Shown in pieces: positions 21,811-30,757 of a stretch of DNA of 64,000 nt. The position numbers and the translations under genes were made by a program. The notes below the pieces were generated by a model. That model was not told where the DNA came from and searched no databases. It was given only the letters and a program-made list of their open reading frames with translations. Position 1 is the stretch's first letter; each line of letters opens with the position of its first letter. The stretch comes from an uncultured Actinomycetes bacterium (GTDB lineage: Bacteria; Actinomycetota; Thermoleophilia; Gaiellales; Gaiellaceae), in assembly GCA_963815895.1 (NCBI GenBank), contig CAWFIP010000001.1, positions 88,519 to 152,518 of the forward strand, read 5' to 3'.

Positions 21811-22355
21811 CTGCTGCGGAGCTCGTCCCGGTACACGCGTTTGTAGAGCCGCGAGAGCTCCAGCACGCGGCTCACGTACTGCCGTGTCTCGGGGAACACG
21901 ATGCCGGCGCCTGTGCGCCGCCACTCGTCGACGTTTCCTTGCCCCGCGTGGTACGCGGCGAGGGCGAGGCGCATGTCGCCGTATCGGCGGTACAGGTGCT
22001 CGAGGTACCAGGTGCCGTAGCGGACGTTGATGTCCGGGTCACGCAGGTCGGCGGTGACGAAGTTCGATCCTCCGGTGCGCAGGGCGATGCCCTCCGCGGT
22101 GTCGGGAAGGAGCTGCATGAGGCCGATTGCGCCTGCCTCGGACTCGGCATTCGGATCGAACCGGCTCTCGACGTAGACCACGGCCGCGACGAGCGCCGGG
22201 TCGAGCTCGTGACTCGCGCCGTGCGTCCTCAAGATCTGCTCGTACTCGAGCGGGTATCGCGCGCGCAGGTACCAGTCGGGCTCCGCTTCGACGACCCACG
22301 CGCCGACCGCGGCCACGGCCAGGACGAGGACGGCTGCCAGGGTCAGGATCCGCAC
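21807..22355 (-). CDS. Lytic transglycosylase (SLT domain), membrane-anchored
   Basis: AAVVYVESRFDPNAESEAGAIGLMQLLPDTA (catalytic Glu, GLMQ motif) ... AAYHAGQGNV. Confidence 0.85.
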   Translation of the reverse strand: MRILTLAAVLVLAVAAVGAWVVEAEPDWYLRARYPLEYEQILRTHGASHELDPALVAAVVYVESRFDPNAESEAGAIGLMQLLPDTAEGIALRTGGSNFVTADLRDPDINVRYGTWYLEHLYRRYGDMRLALAAYHAGQGNVDEWRRTGAGIVFPETRQYVSRVLELSRLYKRVYRDELRSS

Positions 22356-22408
22356 GCGATCAGCTCCCGGAGGGCGTCCACCACCCCAAGTGTCAAATTG
22401 ACACTTGG

Positions 22409-23038
22409 CTACTCACTGCCTGATTCGGGCGACGCCTCCGCGGTCAGGGTAGCCATCACGCCCGCGACCCACGCGTCGAGCTCGTCGGGCGTGCCTGTGT
22501 TCACGTACACGAAGTCGCCGCGCTTCGTCTTCTCACGGTCGGACAGGAGGCGCGACTCGCGGTCGTCCTTCCGGCCGCCCCGCCGCGCCTCGCGCAGCTG
22601 ACGCGGCGCGGTCACGACGACGACCTTGTCGAAGCGCGTCTCGGCGCCGACCTCGTAGAGCAGCGGGACCTCGGTCACGCACACGGCCGGCGGGATCGGG
22701 AGCTTCGCCAGCTGCTCGCGCCAGTCGAGGTACTCCCGCGATACGAGAGGGTGGAGGAGCTTCTCGAGCCAGTCGAGCGCCTCGCGGTCGCGGAACACGC
22801 GGATCCCGATCCGCTCACGATCCGGCGAGCCATCATCGCCGAGGATCTCGTCCCCGAAGCGGTCGACCAGCGCTTGCTTGACGTCCGGATCGGACTTCAG
22901 GAGGTGATGGACGATCTCGTCGCTGGAGACGGTCGCCGCGCCGTGGCGCCGGAACGACGCGAGCGCCGCGCTCTTCCCTGCGCCGATTCCGCCCGTGATG
23001 GCGACGGCCAGCGGCCGCGCCTCGCGGTCCGGCGCCAC
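22409..23038 (-). CDS. coaE: Dephospho-CoA kinase
   Basis: TAAGGAGcccgacgcgGTG: SD then GTG at 23038. Sequence: VAPDREARPLAVAITGGIGAGKSAALASF...SSDEIVHHLL. In the raw sequence this frame is continuous with the rpsA N-terminal frame, giving the 742-aa track ORF 22409..24637. Confidence 0.85.
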   Translation of the reverse strand: MAPDREARPLAVAITGGIGAGKSAALASFRRHGAATVSSDEIVHHLLKSDPDVKQALVDRFGDEILGDDGSPDRERIGIRVFRDREALDWLEKLLHPLVSREYLDWREQLAKLPIPPAVCVTEVPLLYEVGAETRFDKVVVVTAPRQLREARRGGRKDDRESRLLSDREKTKRGDFVYVNTGTPDELDAWVAGVMATLTAEASPESGSE

Positions 23039-23051
23039 CGCGTCGGGCTCC

Positions 23052-24637
23052 TTACGAGTCGGACTGCTCGGGAGAATCGGCTTCGGGCTCGACCGACGAA
23101 GCATGCGCGACCGTGTCCGCGTCCGCCTCGACCGAGACGTCGCCGGCCTCGGGCTCGGACGACTCCTCTGCAAGCTCGTCGACCGCCGCATCTTCGGCAG
23201 CTGCCTCTCGACCGCTGCCTCTTCGACCGTTGCCTCTTCGACCGTTGCCTCTTCGACGGCGGTCTCTTCGATCACCGCGTCTTCGACCACTGCCTCTTCG
23301 ACCGCGGCATCGTCGACGGCTGCGTCTTCGACCACCGCCTCCTCGACGGCTGCCTCGTCGACCGGCGCCTCGCCGGAGTCCTCGACCGGCTCGCCGGCCT
23401 CGACCTCCTCGACGACCTCGTCGGCGACCGCAGCCGCTCCTGACGGGAAGGCCTCCTCGGTCAGCTTGAGATCGGGCATCGTGTGAACCGATTCGGCGCC
23501 GTCCGCACGCGGAACGGGCTGCTCGCCCTCCTCGACGCGCTTCAGCGACAGCGACAGGCGCCGGCGCTCGCCGTCGATCTCGAGGACGCGGACGTTCACC
23601 GCCTGGCCCTGCTGCACGACCTCGCGCGGATTCTCGACGTGATGCGCTGCGAGCTCGGAGATGTGCACGAGGCCCTCGACGCCCGGGAGGATCTCGACGA
23701 AGGCGCCGAACGTGACGACCTTCGCCACCCGACCCTCGACGACGTCCCCCTCGTTGTAGTGGTCGAGCACCTGCTGCCAGGGATCGCTCTGCGTCTGCTT
23801 GAGGCCGAGCGAGATGCGCTGGCGGTCGCGGTCGATGTCGAGCACCTTGACCTTGACCGTCTGCCCGATGTCGAGCACCTCGGACGGGTGGTTCACATGG
23901 CTCCAGGACAGCTCCGAGATGTGGATCAGCCCGTCCATGCCGTCGAGATCGACGAACGCGCCGAAGTCGACGATGTTCGAGATCTGCCCCTCGATGACGT
24001 CGCCCGGGTTCAGGCGGTCGAGGATGGCCTGCCGCATCTCCTTGCGCTCGTCCTCGAGGACGGCGCGACGGGAGAGAACGACATTGTTCCGCGAGCGGTT
24101 CAGCTCGATGACCTTGCAGCGCAGCTCGCGGCCCAGGAACTCGTCGAGGTCCTGGACGCGCCTGATGTCGACGAGGGAAGCGGGCAGGAAGCCGCGCACG
24201 CCGAGGTCGAGGATGAGGCCGCCCTTGACGACCTCGATGACCCGGCCGTTCACCGGCTCGCCGCTCTCGGCAGCCGCCTCGATCGCCTTCCAGGCGAGCT
24301 CGAAGCGAGCGCGCTTCTTGGACAGGATCAGGCGCCCTTCCGTGTCCTCCTTGGTGAGGACGAGCGCATCGATCTCCTCGCCGACGGCGACCTCGTCGGC
24401 CGGGTTGACGGCTCGTCGGATCGTGAGCTCGGCGACGGGAATGACGCCTTCGGACTTGTAGCCGATGTCGACGAGCACCTCGTCCTTGTCCACGCGCACG
24501 ACGGTGCCGTGCACGACCTCGCCCTCGTTTATCTCGGGAAAGGCAGCGTCGTAGTCCGGAACCAGCTCCCCATCGGGGCCGGTCGTCCAAACCCCTTCTT
24601 CGACGGCGGTGGGCTTCTCGGCGGTGTCGTTGGCCAT
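23052..24637 (-). CDS. rpsA: 30S ribosomal protein S1, with an apparent 1-nt deletion near 23208 in the C-terminal acidic repeat
   Basis: Four S1 domains are present (GTVVRVDKDEVLVDIGYKSEGVIP, GRVIEVVKGGLILDLGVRGFLP, GQISNIVDFGAFVDLDGMDGLIHISE, GRVAKVVTFGAFVEILPGVEGLVHISE). After ...VEEATVEEAAVE the frame turns Arg/Ser-rich. The -1 frame continues as an acidic tail, EAAAEDAAVDELAEESSEPEAGD...EADSPEQSDS, ending in TAA at 23054-23052. The length 1586 = 3n+2 is consistent with one missing base. Confidence 0.85.
23198..23362 (-). repeat. Eleven tandem 15-nt (5-codon, V-E-E-A-x type) coding repeats in the rpsA tail
   Basis: Plus-strand units all end in ..tcgac / ..tcgat: cagctgcctctcgac, cgctgcctcttcgac, cgttgcctcttcgac (x2), ggcggtctcttcgat, caccgcgtcttcgac, cactgcctcttcgac, and so on. 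Confidence 0.8.
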
Positions 24638-24679
24638 TCTGAGCCGCGGAGTATAGCCAGGTTGTGGAAAAGCTCCTGC

Positions 24680-25063
24680 TCAGACGTCAGGAACGCCGCG
24701 TGGCGACCCACCACTGGTTGCCCCAGCTGTCGTCGAACGCCGCACGGTGGTCGCCGAAGCTCGTGTCGTGCGGCTCGGCGGCCGAGGTGCGCCCCCCGCG
24801 AGGGCACGCGCATAGACCTCGTCCGCATCCTCGACGTAGACGTGCAGCATCGCCGGGAACCTCTCGCCGCCGCCCTCGCCGACCATGAGCGCGGAGTCGC
24901 CGAGGTCGAGCTCGGCATGCAAGCCGCCGGCTTCTCCTGTCATGCGGCGCCGCACTTCCGTGTCGAAAACGGCCGTGACGAACGAGAGCAGGCCCTCGGC
25001 ATTCTCGACGAGAAGGTACGGGCTGAGGGTGCGGTAACCGTCCGGGACACCGGAGACAGTCAC
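24680..25063 (-). CDS. VOC/glyoxalase-fold (PhnB-like) protein with an apparent 1-nt deletion near 24788-24798
   Basis: GTG 25063 overlaps the polA stop (GTGA). Sequence: VTVSGVPDGYRTLSPYLLVENAEGLLSFVTAVFD...AMLHVYVEDADEVYARALAGG. The tail as read (APRPPSRTTRASATT...) is low-complexity. The adjacent frame gives TSAAEPHDTSFGDHRAAFDDSWGNQWWVATRRS and stops at 24687-24689. The switch occurs at a run of six G/C. Confidence 0.65.
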   Translation of the reverse strand: MTVSGVPDGYRTLSPYLLVENAEGLLSFVTAVFDTEVRRRMTGEAGGLHAELDLGDSALMVGEGGGERFPAMLHVYVEDADEVYARALAGGAPRPPSRTTRASATTVRRSTTAGATSGGSPRGVPDV

Positions 25064-27630
25064 GCTTTCGCCTCGGCCCAGTCGTCGCCGACGCCGATGT
25101 CGACGGCGAGCGGCGGATCGAGCGGGTAGGCGCTCGTCATCTCCTCCCGTACGAGCTCGCGAACGGCGGTGATCTCCGTCTCCGGGACCTCGAGCAGCAG
25201 CTCGTCGTGGACCTGGAGCACGAGCCGGGCCCCTCTCCCCTCGTCGCGCAGCCGCCGGTGGATCGCGACCATCGCGACCTTGATGATGTCCGCGTTCGAG
25301 CCCTGCATGACGAAGTTCACGGCGACGCGCTCTCCGAACCCACGCGTCTGACGGTTCGAGGCGCGGAGCTCGGGGACGGGGCGGCGGCGCCCGAGGAGGC
25401 TGCTCGCGTACCCGTCCTCCGCGGTCTGCGTGATCGTGCGGGCGATGAAGGCCTGTACGCGCGGGAACCGCGCGAGGTAGGCGTCGATGTACTCCTGCGC
25501 CTGGTCCTTCGGGATGTCGAGGTTCTCCGAGAGCCCGAACGCCGAGATCCCGTAGACGATCCCGAAGTTGATCATCTTCGCGATCGCGCGCTCGTTCGTC
25601 GTCAGCGTCCGCGGGTCCTTGCCGAGGACCTCCGCCGCGGTTGCGGTGTGGATGTCCTCGCCGCGGAGGAACGCGTCCTTCAGCTTCGGCTCGCCCGAGA
25701 CGTGCGCGAGGATCCGGAGCTCGATCTGCGAGTAGTCGGCGGACAGCAGCCGGCTCCCCGGCTCCGCGACGAACGCCGACCGGATCTCGCGGCCGAGGTC
25801 GGTGCGGATCGGGATGGACTGGAGGTTCGGGTTCGAGGTCGAGAGCCGCCCCGTCGCGGCGACCGCCTGGTTGATGGTCGTGTGCAGGCGCCCGTCGTCC
25901 CCGAGCAGCGTGGGCAGCGGCTCGAGGTACGTGTTGAGGAGCTTCGACAGCTCGCGCCACTCCTCGATCACGGGAACGATCTCGTGGTCGCCGCGGATCG
26001 CGCGGAGCACCTTCCCGTCCGTCGAGTACCCGGTCTTGCCCTTCCGTCCGGGCGTGAGCTCGAGCTTCTCGAACAGCACGCGACCGAGTTGCATCGGCGA
26101 CCCGATCACGAACTCCTCGCCGGCGAGGTCGTACGCGCGCGCCTCGAGCTCCTCCACACGATCGCGGAGCCGGGCCGTGATCTCGCCCATCCGGTACGTG
26201 TCGATCCGGACTCCAGCCTCCTCCATCGCGGCGAGCACCTCGGTGAGCGGGAGCTCGACCTCGTCGTAGAGCCGCTCGAGACCGCGCTCGCGGACCCGCT
26301 CGCGGAGGATCGGCGCGAGCCGGCGAGCTGCTTCCGCGCGGCGGACGAGCGCGGCCGTCTCCTCCTCGGCAGGCGGCTCGGGCTCGAGCTCGACGCCCTG
26401 CTCGGCGGCCAGGTCCTCCGGCAGGTACTCCGCGCGGCCCGGATCGATGAGGTAGGCCGCGATCATCGTGTCGTCGGTTGCGTGGACGCGCAGCGCTTTG
26501 GCGTCGTGCGCTGCGACGTTCGCCCTGGGATCGAGCGTCAACATGCCACTCGGCCGTGGTGCCACCACGACCTCGCCGGTCCCGTTCGCGACGGCCACGC
26601 GGTCGGCGTCGGCGGCGAGGCCGATGCGGCCTTCGAGCTTCGGCAGGTCTCCCTCGCGCCACACGACCGACTGCGTCTCCGCCTTCGGGAGCTCGGCCGC
26701 GGGGAGCGCCTCGTCGAGCGTGTCGACGCGGCTCAGGAGCCCGCGGAACTCGAACCGGCGGAAGATCTCCTTGAGAGCCGAGCGATCCGGCGGGCGGGAG
26801 ACGAGCTCCGTGGGGTCGACGTCGAGCTCGAGGTCGCGGCGCATGGTCGCGAGGACCTTCGAGGCCCGCGCCTGGTCGGCGTGCTCGATGATGTTCTTCT
26901 TGCGTGCAGGCGATAGGTCGTCCGCGTGCTCGATGACCTCCTCGAGCGAGCCGTACTGCGCGATGAGCTGTCCGGCCGTCTTGTCCCCGATGCCCGGGAC
27001 GCCCGGGATGTTGTCGCTCGTGTCGCCCTTCAGGCCGATGAAGTCCGGAACCTGGTCGGGACGAACGCCGTAGCGCAGCTCGACCCGTTCGGGCGTGTAC
27101 ACGTGCACGTCGGCGACGCCGCGCGGCGTCATCATCAGGCAGACGTTCTCCGAGCAGAGCTGGAAGGCGTCGCGGTCGGTCGAGACGACGCAGGTCTTCA
27201 CAGCCGCGTCGTCCGCCGCCGTCGCGATGGTCGCGATCACGTCGTCTGCCTCCCAGCCCTCGAACTCGAGGTTCTGGTATCCGAACGCCTCGACGATCGG
27301 CCGGAAGTGCGGGAACTGCTCGCGCAGGAGATCCGGCATCGGCCGCCGGTCGGACTTGTACTCCGCCGAGATCTCGGTGCGGTGGACAGGCCTCGTGTCC
27401 CAAGCGACGGCGACCCCGCGCGGCTTGTAGTCGGAGAGGAGCTTGAAGAGCATGTTCGTGAACCCGAGCAGTGCATTCGTGGGCTGTCCCTCGGTCGTCT
27501 GGAGTTCCTCGGGCAACGCGAAGAACGCGCGGTACGCCAGGTTGTTGCCGTCGACGAGGAAGAGCTCCGTGTCCTGGACGGGCGCGTCGTCGAGCTCCAG
27601 CTCCTCGCCCGTGATGGTCTTCGGGCTCAC
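25060..27630 (-). CDS. polA: DNA polymerase I
   Basis: 5' nuclease: LFLVDGNNLAYRAFFA, GWEADDVIATIA, GVPGIGDKTA. Polymerase motifs: LLSADYSQIELRILAH, RAIAKMINFGIVYG, LQVHDELLLE. Start taken at GTG 27630. Confidence 0.93.
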   Translation of the reverse strand: MSPKTITGEELELDDAPVQDTELFLVDGNNLAYRAFFALPEELQTTEGQPTNALLGFTNMLFKLLSDYKPRGVAVAWDTRPVHRTEISAEYKSDRRPMPDLLREQFPHFRPIVEAFGYQNLEFEGWEADDVIATIATAADDAAVKTCVVSTDRDAFQLCSENVCLMMTPRGVADVHVYTPERVELRYGVRPDQVPDFIGLKGDTSDNIPGVPGIGDKTAGQLIAQYGSLEEVIEHADDLSPARKKNIIEHADQARASKVLATMRRDLELDVDPTELVSRPPDRSALKEIFRRFEFRGLLSRVDTLDEALPAAELPKAETQSVVWREGDLPKLEGRIGLAADADRVAVANGTGEVVVAPRPSGMLTLDPRANVAAHDAKALRVHATDDTMIAAYLIDPGRAEYLPEDLAAEQGVELEPEPPAEEETAALVRRAEAARRLAPILRERVRERGLERLYDEVELPLTEVLAAMEEAGVRIDTYRMGEITARLRDRVEELEARAYDLAGEEFVIGSPMQLGRVLFEKLELTPGRKGKTGYSTDGKVLRAIRGDHEIVPVIEEWRELSKLLNTYLEPLPTLLGDDGRLHTTINQAVAATGRLSTSNPNLQSIPIRTDLGREIRSAFVAEPGSRLLSADYSQIELRILAHVSGEPKLKDAFLRGEDIHTATAAEVLGKDPRTLTTNERAIAKMINFGIVYGISAFGLSENLDIPKDQAQEYIDAYLARFPRVQAFIARTITQTAEDGYASSLLGRRRPVPELRASNRQTRGFGERVAVNFVMQGSNADIIKVAMVAIHRRLRDEGRGARLVLQVHDELLLEVPETEITAVRELVREEMTSAYPLDPPLAVDIGVGDDWAEAKA

Positions 27631-27730
27631 GTCGCAACGGTATCGTCCCGCCCGCGGGAGCGGGCATGCGATTCGGCGCGCCCGAGATTCGCGCGTCAGC
27701 GAATCTTGGGCTGCGCATAGATTTCTGCGC

Positions 27731-29231
27731 TTGCGTCGCGTCCCGCTGCTCTCGGGCTCCCGCCTCGTTCTCGTCCCGGTGGCCGAGGACGACGTCGTCC
27801 TCCGTCCGCCCCCGCCACCGAAACAGGTGGTGGACGTTCGTGCCGCGGTTCGTGACGCGCTGCGCTTCCCGCTCTCTGGCCCGTCGCTCGCCGCTGTCGC
27901 GCGCAAGGGAGCTCGCGCGACGATCGTGGTCGAGCCGCCCACGCTCCCGGTCCCGAGCGTCCCGAACGACCCGCGCGCCCTTGCGCTCGCGGCGGTCGTC
28001 CGGGAGCTCGAAGCGTGCGGCATCCCGGACGAGCAGCAGACGATGCTCGTCGCGACCGGGCTCGGCCGCCGCTCGGGCGTACGCGACCTTGCCCGCCTGC
28101 TCCTGCCCCCGCACGCTCGCGCGATCGTTCCGGGGCACCGTGCTCGTCCACGATGCGGAGTCGCCCGATCTCGTGGCCGTGTTGGAGGGCCGCGAGACCG
28201 TCCGCCTGAACCGCGCCGTCGTCGAATCGGACGTCACGGTGGTCGTCGGGGCGGCGGAGACCGTGCTCCACGGCGGCCCCGGCACGCTCCTCGCGGCGGC
28301 CGACGCGCGGACGGTTCGCCGGATCGCGGCCGTGGACTCGCTGCTCGAGGCCGCAGGCGAGCCCGAGTGGGAGCTTGCACGGGCCGTGGAGTCGGTCGTC
28401 TCGAAGCACACGTCGCTGATCGGCGTGTCGCTCGTCCTCGATCTGCCGCGGCTCACGGGCACGTATCGCGGGTACCCGGACGAGCTCGAGGTCGTCGAGC
28501 GTCTCGCCCGCTCGCCGCTCCGCAAGCTCGTCTCGGCGATGCCGGACGTGTTGCGACGCGCCGTGCTCGAACGACAGGGCCGGAGCCTGCAGGCAATCGC
28601 CGCCTATGCCGGCCAACCGTCGGTCGCGCACGCCGAGGCGCTCCTGCGCGGTGTCGCGCTGCGGGACACCGCCCTCGCGGAGCCGCTGGACGCGCTCGTC
28701 GTCGGCGTGCCGTGGACGGGCATCGAGTTCCCGCGCGAGCCGGTCAACCCCGTCACCGCAGCCGCGCTCGCGCTTGGAATCGCCCTGCGCCTCCGCCGCG
28801 ACGCCTTCCCCGTCCGCCCCGGCGGGACGCTCGTGCTCGTGCATCCGCTTCGGCGCACGTTCGCGTCAGGCACGCAGGCGCCCTACGCGGCGATGTTCCG
28901 TGCCCTGCGTGATGCCCACGACGACGAGACGCTCGCCGAGGTCGAGGCGGAGGCGGCGGGGGACGGGCGCGCCCGCGACGCGTACCGCGACGGGTCCGCC
29001 TGCCATCCCCTACTCCCGTTCGCCGACTGGGCGAGCTGCAAGCCCGCGCTCTCGCAACTCGGACGCGTGATCGTTGCCGGGTGCCGTGACGCCACCGCCG
29101 CCAGGACGCTCGGCTTCGTGCCGAGCCACGGGATCGGGAGCGCGCTCGAGATGGCGCACGGCGTCGCGGGCGGACGCGGTCGCGTGGGGATCCTGCTCGC
29201 GCCGCCCTATCCGGCGCTCGTCGTCGGCTGA
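27731..29231 (+). CDS. LarA-like (lactate racemase N-terminal domain / DUF2088-type) protein with an apparent 1-nt insertion near 28106-28125
   Basis: The N-part reads in the frame of track ORF 27443..28912 (VPLLSGSRLVLVPVAEDDVVLRPPPPPKQVVDVRAAVRDALRFPLSGPSLAAVARKGARATIVVEPPTLPVPS...). The C-part reads in the frame of 27666..29231 (FRGTVLVHDAESPDLVAVLEGRETVRLNRAVVESDVTVVVGAAETVLHGGPG...). The length 1501 = 3n+1. The start (TTG 27731) is uncertain and the family call is tentative. Confidence 0.4.
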
Positions 29232-29235
29232 GCCT

Positions 29236-29973
29236 CTACGACTCGCCGAGGTAGGTCTTGCGGACCTGCTCGTTCGTCTTCAGCTCGGAGGCCGGGCCCT
29301 CGAGCGGGATGCGGCCGGTCTCCATGACGTAGCCGCGATGCGCGACGTCGAGCGCCATGAGCGCGTTCTGCTCGACAAGGAGCACCGGAGTGCCCTGCTT
29401 GTTGACCTCGACGACGGTCTCGAAGATCCGCTCGACGAAGATGGGCGCGAGGCCCATCGAGGGCTCGTCGAGGAGCAGGAGCTTCGGCCGCGCCATGAGC
29501 GCGCGCCCGATCGCGCACATCTGCTGCTCCCCGCCCGACATCGTCCCGGCCTTCTGCGTGCGGCGCTCCTTGAGGCGGGGGAAGAGCGTGAACACGCGCT
29601 CCATGTCGTCGGCGAAGTTCTCCTTGTCCGAGCGCTGGAAGGCGCCCATCTCGAGGTTCTCGGTCACGGTCATGCGGGGGAAGAGCCGCCTGCCCTCCGG
29701 GCTCTGCGCGATGCCGCGCTTCACGATCGTGTGCGGTGCCGCTCCGGTGATGTCGTCGCCCTGGAAGCGGATCGAGCCCTGGCGCGGCTTGTTGATGCCG
29801 TTGATCGCCCGCAGCGTCGTGGACTTCCCAGCGCCGTTCGCGCCGATCAGGGTCACGATCTCGCCGGCGCGGACGGTGAGGGAGATGCCCTTCAGCGCGT
29901 GGATCGCGCCGTAGTAGACGTGCACGTCCTCGAGCTCGATGACAGGCCCGGCGGTCGGGGTGCTCTCGCTCAT
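29236..29973 (-). CDS. livF: Branched-chain amino acid ABC transporter ATP-binding protein
   Basis: GANGAGKSTTL, MSGGEQQMCAIGRAL, LLLLDEPSMGLAP. The ATG overlaps the livG stop (ATGA at 29970-29973). Confidence 0.9.
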   Translation of the reverse strand: MSESTPTAGPVIELEDVHVYYGAIHALKGISLTVRAGEIVTLIGANGAGKSTTLRAINGINKPRQGSIRFQGDDITGAAPHTIVKRGIAQSPEGRRLFPRMTVTENLEMGAFQRSDKENFADDMERVFTLFPRLKERRTQKAGTMSGGEQQMCAIGRALMARPKLLLLDEPSMGLAPIFVERIFETVVEVNKQGTPVLLVEQNALMALDVAHRGYVMETGRIPLEGPASELKTNEQVRKTYLGES

Positions 29974-30755
29974 GCCGTCGCTCCGGAGCCGAGATACGCC
30001 TCGATCACGCGCTCGTCCGCCTGGATCTCCGCGGGCGTGCCCTCCGCGATCTTCCCGCCGTACTCGAGCACGGTGATGCGCTCCGACACGCCCATGACGA
30101 CCTTCATGTCGTGCTCGATGAGCAGCACGGTGAGCCCCCTGTCGTCGCGGAGCCGTCGGACGAAGTCGGTGAACTCCGCGGTCTCCTGCGGGTTCATCCC
30201 CGCGGTTGGCTCGTCGAGGAGGATCAGCTTCGGGTCGGTGGCGAGAGCACGTGCGACCTCGAGGCGTCGCTGATCTCCGTACGGAAGGGTGCCCGCGTAC
30301 TCCTCGTGCCGGCGCGGGATCCCGCAGTAGCGGAGGAGCTCCCTTGCCTTCTCTCGCGCCTCGCGCTCCTCCCGCTTGACCCTCGGCGTGCGGAGGATGG
30401 AGCCGAGGATGCCCCCCTTTAGCCGGCAGTGCATGCCGACGAGCACGTTCTCGAGCGCCGTCATCTGTGCGAAGAGCCGGATGTTCTGGAACGTCCGGCC
30501 CACTCCGAGCTCGACGATCGCGTGCGGGGGCTTCCCGACGACCTCGGCGCCGTCGAACACGATCGAGCCGGACGTCGGCACGTAGACGCCGGTGATCTGG
30601 TTGAAGAACGTCGTCTTGCCGGCGCCGTTCGGCCCGATCAGCGCGACGATGGAGCCGCGCGGGATCGTGAAGTCGACGTCGTCGGTGGCGACGAGGCCGC
30701 CGAACTCCTTCCGCACTTGCTCGGCGACGAGGAGGTTGTCCGGCTGGGCGCTCAT
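29970..30755 (-). CDS. livG: Branched-chain amino acid ABC transporter ATP-binding protein
   Basis: GPNGAGKTTFFN, LPYGDQRRLEVARAL, LILLDEPTAGMNP. Confidence 0.9.
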   Translation of the reverse strand: MSAQPDNLLVAEQVRKEFGGLVATDDVDFTIPRGSIVALIGPNGAGKTTFFNQITGVYVPTSGSIVFDGAEVVGKPPHAIVELGVGRTFQNIRLFAQMTALENVLVGMHCRLKGGILGSILRTPRVKREEREAREKARELLRYCGIPRRHEEYAGTLPYGDQRRLEVARALATDPKLILLDEPTAGMNPQETAEFTDFVRRLRDDRGLTVLLIEHDMKVVMGVSERITVLEYGGKIAEGTPAEIQADERVIEAYLGSGATA

Positions 30756-30757
30756 GC

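Noticed and set aside
23198-23362. A 15-nt periodic tandem repeat that could be mistaken for a CRISPR-like or minisatellite array
   Set aside because: The repeats are contiguous with no spacers, in frame, and encode the VEEAx acidic tail of S1.
22409-24637. A genuine bifunctional 742-aa ribosomal protein S1-dephospho-CoA kinase fusion
   Set aside because: The 55-aa linker is an off-frame reading of an acidic repeat. The alternative frame yields a natural S1 tail ending in TAAGGAG, which serves as the SD for a GTG-initiated coaE. A single missing base in a tandem repeat explains the fusion. It is kept as a finding to verify, not accepted as biology.
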